Positions 51,242 through 53,936 of a stretch of DNA of 53,936 nucleotides are shown here, piece after piece (within the stretch, counting starts at the first letter, position 1; the number at the start of each line of letters is the position of its first letter). The notes under the pieces are model-generated. The model searched no databases. It was not told the origin of the DNA and worked only from the letters and a program-made list of their open reading frames with translations. Origin of the DNA: a virus; the IMG/VR virus record IMGVR_UViG_3300020123_000246. One strand, written 5' to 3'. The translations under genes and the position numbers were made by a program.

Positions 51242-51451
51242 TCAGGCGGCTTTGTGGGGTTCGCGGCGACTTGCGAGGACCCCTTTGACGTAGTCATCGG
51301 CGGCCCGGCGCGCGGCGGCTTGCGCCTTTAACTCACAGATAGCGAGCTCACCATCGGTTAGGTCTTTAGATTTAACCATAACATCGACAACAAGATCCAG
51401 TTGCTCACGTGGAACTTTATGGCGATAACTGCTTCGAACTAACTGGTTCAT
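51242..51451 (-). CDS. Hypothetical protein (69 aa)
   Basis: ORF track. Confidence 0.45.
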   Translation of the reverse strand: MNQLVRSSYRHKVPREQLDLVVDVMVKSKDLTDGELAICELKAQAAARRAADDYVKGVLASRREPHKAA

Positions 51452-51810
51452 GTGCTGGACTCCTGGGACTCAGGCACGTACTTCTCCTGTGGAACCATGT
51501 CGCTTTTTGCCGCGTCATTTGAGGGGGAAGGAATGGACACGCCTGGCCAAATCGCTCGAGCGTGAGCGCGCAGAAATATGCCCGGGCCCTTGACGTCAAC
51601 ATCCTTGAGCGCTTCATCAACCAGGCCGGCCGCATGCTGGAAGGCGTCAGCCTGCACCTGCAGGAAGAAATTGTGCAGGTAGATTCTTTGCTGATCACTG
51701 AGCTCAATCGAGGTTTCGGACTGAGCTTTGGCTACCCAATCGGCGGCATCCTTCATGGGATTAGGGATTCTTCGTGGACAGTAAGAATGCAGGTTGTGAG
51801 TGAGAGACAC
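51448..51810 (-). CDS. Hypothetical protein (120 aa)
   Basis: ORF track. Confidence 0.45.
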   Translation of the reverse strand: MSLTHNLHSYCPRRIPNPMKDAADWVAKAQSETSIELSDQQRIYLHNFFLQVQADAFQHAAGLVDEALKDVDVKGPGIFLRAHARAIWPGVSIPSPSNDAAKSDMVPQEKYVPESQESST

Positions 51811-52258
51811 GGTCCTGTCGCTCGCCTGGGGTTACCCCTTTGGCCAACCTGCAAAAGGAATTGCCGCGTACCCGCATCGCGCAAACTCTGCCGGGGCGGA
51901 CAATCCCCGGCGTCGGATGTTGGATCTTCAAAGGAGGGCACACGGCAAAAAGCTGGTCGAGGTGATTCATGCGCAAAGAAAACTGAGCGTGCCGGGATTT
52001 GCCCGGACAACACACCCTCGACCAAAAGAGCAGCGCCAGAGCTAAAATCCCGTAGGACGGGTGCACCGAGTTGCCACAGGTGCCATCTGGCGCGACTGCC
52101 TGTTTGCAGGTTGCTCGGCAAAACCAGTGGTAGAGCCGCCCTTGCTTGAGGCCCACAGCGGGCCGAAAATCCCCTCGATCCGCTTCGTCCGCTTCGGCGC
52201 CTACCCTAACGGAAGGATATTTTAAGGCGATCCATGTGACACACGGATGAGGGAAAAT

Positions 52259-52389
52259 TGGCGAACACGGCCGGAATCGAACCGGCTTTCCCTGGTTACC
52301 CGGGTTATGAGCCCGAGGCGGGCGCACAGCTACACACTTACCTAGGCGGTGCGTAGTCTCACGAGAGCTGTCCATCTCTTGTCGTGCTC
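52259..52389 (-). ncRNA. tRNA-like element (initiator tRNA-Met-like anticodon arm, canonical T arm, encoded CCA, G3:U70), 131 nt with non-canonical insertions
   Basis: The minus strand reads GAGCACG-ACA-AGAG-AUGGACAG-CUCU-C, a 46-nt insert, then CUCGGG-CUCAUAA-CCCGGG-UAACCAGGGAAA-GCCGG-UUCGAUU-CCGGC-CGUGUUC-G-CCA. The 7-bp acceptor pairs GAGCACG with CGUGUUC. Confidence 0.5.
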
Positions 52390-52391
52390 GG

Positions 52392-52424
52392 AAAAAAAGT
52401 CCCCCGCTGTTAGCGCAACGGGGG
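52392..52424 (-). terminator. Rho-independent terminator immediately 5' of the tRNA-like element
   Basis: Minus strand CCCCCGTTG-CGCTAA-CAGCGGGGG then ACTTTTTTT. Confidence 0.75.
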
Positions 52425-52608
52425 GTTTGCCGGCAGAGTGCGACTCGACCGGCGGTTGTATTCGGCGAGGGAGGCCGAAATCCTTGACGGCTTACCCTCG
52501 CCAGCTCGCTAAAGCTGCAATTCATGATCGCTATTCCAAACCCAAATCAGGCGACCTGTGAAGCTTTATTTTTTTGAGTGCGCTTAACTCGCTGAGGTAC
52601 AGCGAGAT

Positions 52609-52628
52609 ATTTTTCCAGATTTTTCCAG
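52609..52628. repeat. Tandem 10-nt direct repeat (atttttccag x2)
   Basis: Read directly at 52609-52618 and 52619-52628. Confidence 0.9.
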
Positions 52629-52911
52629 AGCGGCACCCAAGCTCCGGATGCCGTTCTTGCCTTTTTGGCGTCGGGCAAAGGAATCGACCGCACCTCCAGC
52701 ATCGCCCTATGTCCTTAACATTCAAGCAGTCCAGAGGATTTCTATTTTGAATAAGAGGAGCATCAGACGGCAGCTATAGAGCCACCTGGCCGATGGCTTA
52801 TAACTGACTCGCCCTCCGGCAATGCCGATCACGGCGCAGATTTCGCGGTTTCGCCAGAGAAGCCAAGAAAAATGGAAGGCGTGAAATCTCATAAAATGTC
52901 CCTGATTTCCA

Positions 52912-53250
52912 TTACTTTTCGTGCCAGAAATAGATCCGGGTAACCCTGGTTTCCGGCGTGCAGTGGTTTAGTTTGCAAAACATCGCCACAAATTCAGGCG
53001 GGGTCATCTCGGGGAAACCCTCCATTTTGACCTCTTCATGGTTGATCCGCTTGAGCGGCTCTTGGGTGACGTTGATAACCGTAATCGCGTGCAACTTAAC
53101 GACTTTCTCACCCTTCTTGAGTCCGCGGACCTTGCGCACTCCCATCAGCTTCTCGCCGATTTTGAGGTACCGCCAGCCAAGCCGCCTCGTCACGGTCTTT
53201 GTCCTGGCTTGGAACTGGCTCTCCGTCGCATTGAAGCTTATCAGTCTCAT
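52912..53250 (-). CDS. ASCH domain protein
   Basis: MRLISFNATESQFQARTKTVTRRLGW ... small beta-barrel-sized ORF typical of ASCH/PUA-like proteins. Confidence 0.65.
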   Translation of the reverse strand: MRLISFNATESQFQARTKTVTRRLGWRYLKIGEKLMGVRKVRGLKKGEKVVKLHAITVINVTQEPLKRINHEEVKMEGFPEMTPPEFVAMFCKLNHCTPETRVTRIYFWHEK

Positions 53251-53467
53251 AAATCATTGGGTGTTGGTGTCCGATAATGGTTGCTGCTCGAGCGGCGTGC
53301 AGGAGGTCAGCGTATTTGGGAAACCTGCCAGACTCGAGGCGGCCGAATTCCCTAAGCCACTCCGAAAAATGGTACCAGGCAGTGGCCGCCTGATTGGGTG
53401 TGAGACTCCAGGCGCGGTTACCGACAAAGAAACACTGATCCTTGCGGTTGAATTTGCGTAGGTTCAT
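53108..53467 (-). CDS. Hypothetical protein (119 aa); 3' part overlaps the ASCH gene
   Basis: ORF track; 143-nt overlap makes the C-terminal part doubtful. Confidence 0.4.
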   Translation of the reverse strand: MNLRKFNRKDQCFFVGNRAWSLTPNQAATAWYHFSEWLREFGRLESGRFPKYADLLHAARAATIIGHQHPMIYETDKLQCDGEPVPSQDKDRDEAAWLAVPQNRREADGSAQGPRTQEG

Positions 53468-53799
53468 CGGCGCTTTGCCTTCTTCTTTTTAGCGCGCGGC
53501 ACTCGCGGCCATCGGAGCTTGAGCCCGCGGTGTATCGCATACCGCCGAGCCATTTCCAGATGGCGGCACAGATTGCAGTATGGGCCGTCGCCGTTCACTT
53601 GGACAGCTTTGAAAACGCCTTTTCTTTTGCATGATGGTAAATCGTAGTAGATACACTCATATTTAAATCCGCACCTGCAGCAAGTGTGAGTGTGGTCAGT
53701 GTTCACAGCTTTTGCTTCATCTCGTTTTTCCAGTAGCGACACGCAGGGCAGCGCCAGGAAATTAACCAGCGGTGAAGGAAGTGAGCCCACCGAGGCCAT
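53464..53799 (-). CDS. Zn-ribbon-like protein with basic tail (111 aa)
   Basis: HTCCRCGF...CKRKG...YCNLCRH; KKKKAKRR tail; start moved to MASVG (the track start lies inside the end repeat). Confidence 0.5.
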   Translation of the reverse strand: MASVGSLPSPLVNFLALPCVSLLEKRDEAKAVNTDHTHTCCRCGFKYECIYYDLPSCKRKGVFKAVQVNGDGPYCNLCRHLEMARRYAIHRGLKLRWPRVPRAKKKKAKRR

Positions 53800-53809
53800 T
53801 TCCTCATTG

Positions 53810-53936
53810 AGTCTTGGTGTTGGGCGGCGGCAAGCGATGGTCCAAACCACTCAGGGATTTTGCTAAGCATAGAAGAAAAAGGCCCGGCCTCCTACCGGGC
53901 CCGAGAATCTGTTGGCTGGTCGAACTTAGTATGGCG
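53810..53936. repeat. Terminal direct repeat copy 2 (identical to 1..127)
   Basis: Read directly. Confidence 0.95.

Noticed and set aside
52259-52320. attP-type partial tRNA (3' half of a host tRNA-fMet gene) indicating a temperate phage
   Set aside because: No integrase, recombinase or excisionase was recognisable anywhere in the genome. The 13-nt variable region and the acceptor sequence are not typical of a bacterial initiator tRNA 3' half.
52259-52389. tmRNA interpretation of the tRNA-like element
   Set aside because: G3:U70 and the T arm fit a tmRNA tRNA-like domain. But 131 nt is far too short for the pseudoknots. An intact anticodon arm is present, which tmRNAs lack. The only candidate tag frame (GCA CCG CCU AGG UAA = APPR) does not resemble a degradation tag.
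51761-52525. 254-aa minus-strand ORF (and 195-aa plus ORF 51562-52149) spanning the ORF-poor region
   Set aside because: The composition is extreme (R/C/P/G-rich). The ORF runs straight through the terminator hairpin and the tRNA-like element, and shows no start/stop coupling. It was treated as non-coding.
1-53936. CRISPR arrays, rRNA genes, transposases/IS elements, toxin-antitoxin pairs
   Set aside because: No regularly spaced direct repeats, rRNA-like conserved strings or DDE/serine/tyrosine recombinase motifs were seen on either strand. The two RHH genes have no adjacent toxin-like partner.

Overview
The window is one complete, GC-rich tailed-phage genome. Bases 1-127 recur exactly at 53810-53936, so the unique length is 53,809 bp (circular, or terminally redundant). 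No integrase, reverse transcriptase, CRISPR array or rRNA is visible.

There are four transcription blocks:
- (i) A leftward early block runs 2609->117 and continues across the junction as 53799->50493. It holds HNH/HTH genes, a minimal Pol X-like nucleotidyltransferase, an ASCH protein and many small ORFs.
- (ii) A long rightward block runs 2688->39520. In order: large terminase, phage Dam-type N6A methyltransferase, DnaC-like ATPase, and an HNH-AP2 endonuclease broken by an in-frame TGA. A ~7 kb glycosyltransferase-like/SAM-methyltransferase island with a C5 DNA methyltransferase follows. Then come portal, an ATP-grasp enzyme, scaffold, GroES homologue, major capsid, a family of Cys-motif module proteins with two paralogous receptor-binding-like proteins, putative tail/internal proteins and a 2078-aa giant protein. 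The order resembles T7-like podoviruses.
- (iii) A leftward block runs 47050->39517. It holds RHH regulators, a Rad52-like annealing protein with a PD-(D/E)XK exonuclease, a RusA-like resolvase, a YkgJ Cys-cluster protein and secreted/membrane proteins.
- (iv) A short rightward block runs 47030->49792 (DUF3560-like protein and others).

Genes are packed very tightly. Many stop/start pairs overlap by 4 nt (ATGA, GTGA, TTGA).

Most notable observations:
- A glycan-building and methylation island sits between terminase and portal.
- A ~33-aa Cys-containing module recurs seven times across four consecutive structural genes.
- An ATP-grasp ligase lies inside the head module.
- Two unusually long ORF-poor regions (49793-50492 and 51811-52911) stand out. 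The second contains a terminator followed by a 131-nt tRNA-like element with an initiator-type CAU anticodon arm, a canonical T arm, an encoded CCA and a G3:U70 pair.

All functional calls come from motif recognition by eye. None has been checked by database search.
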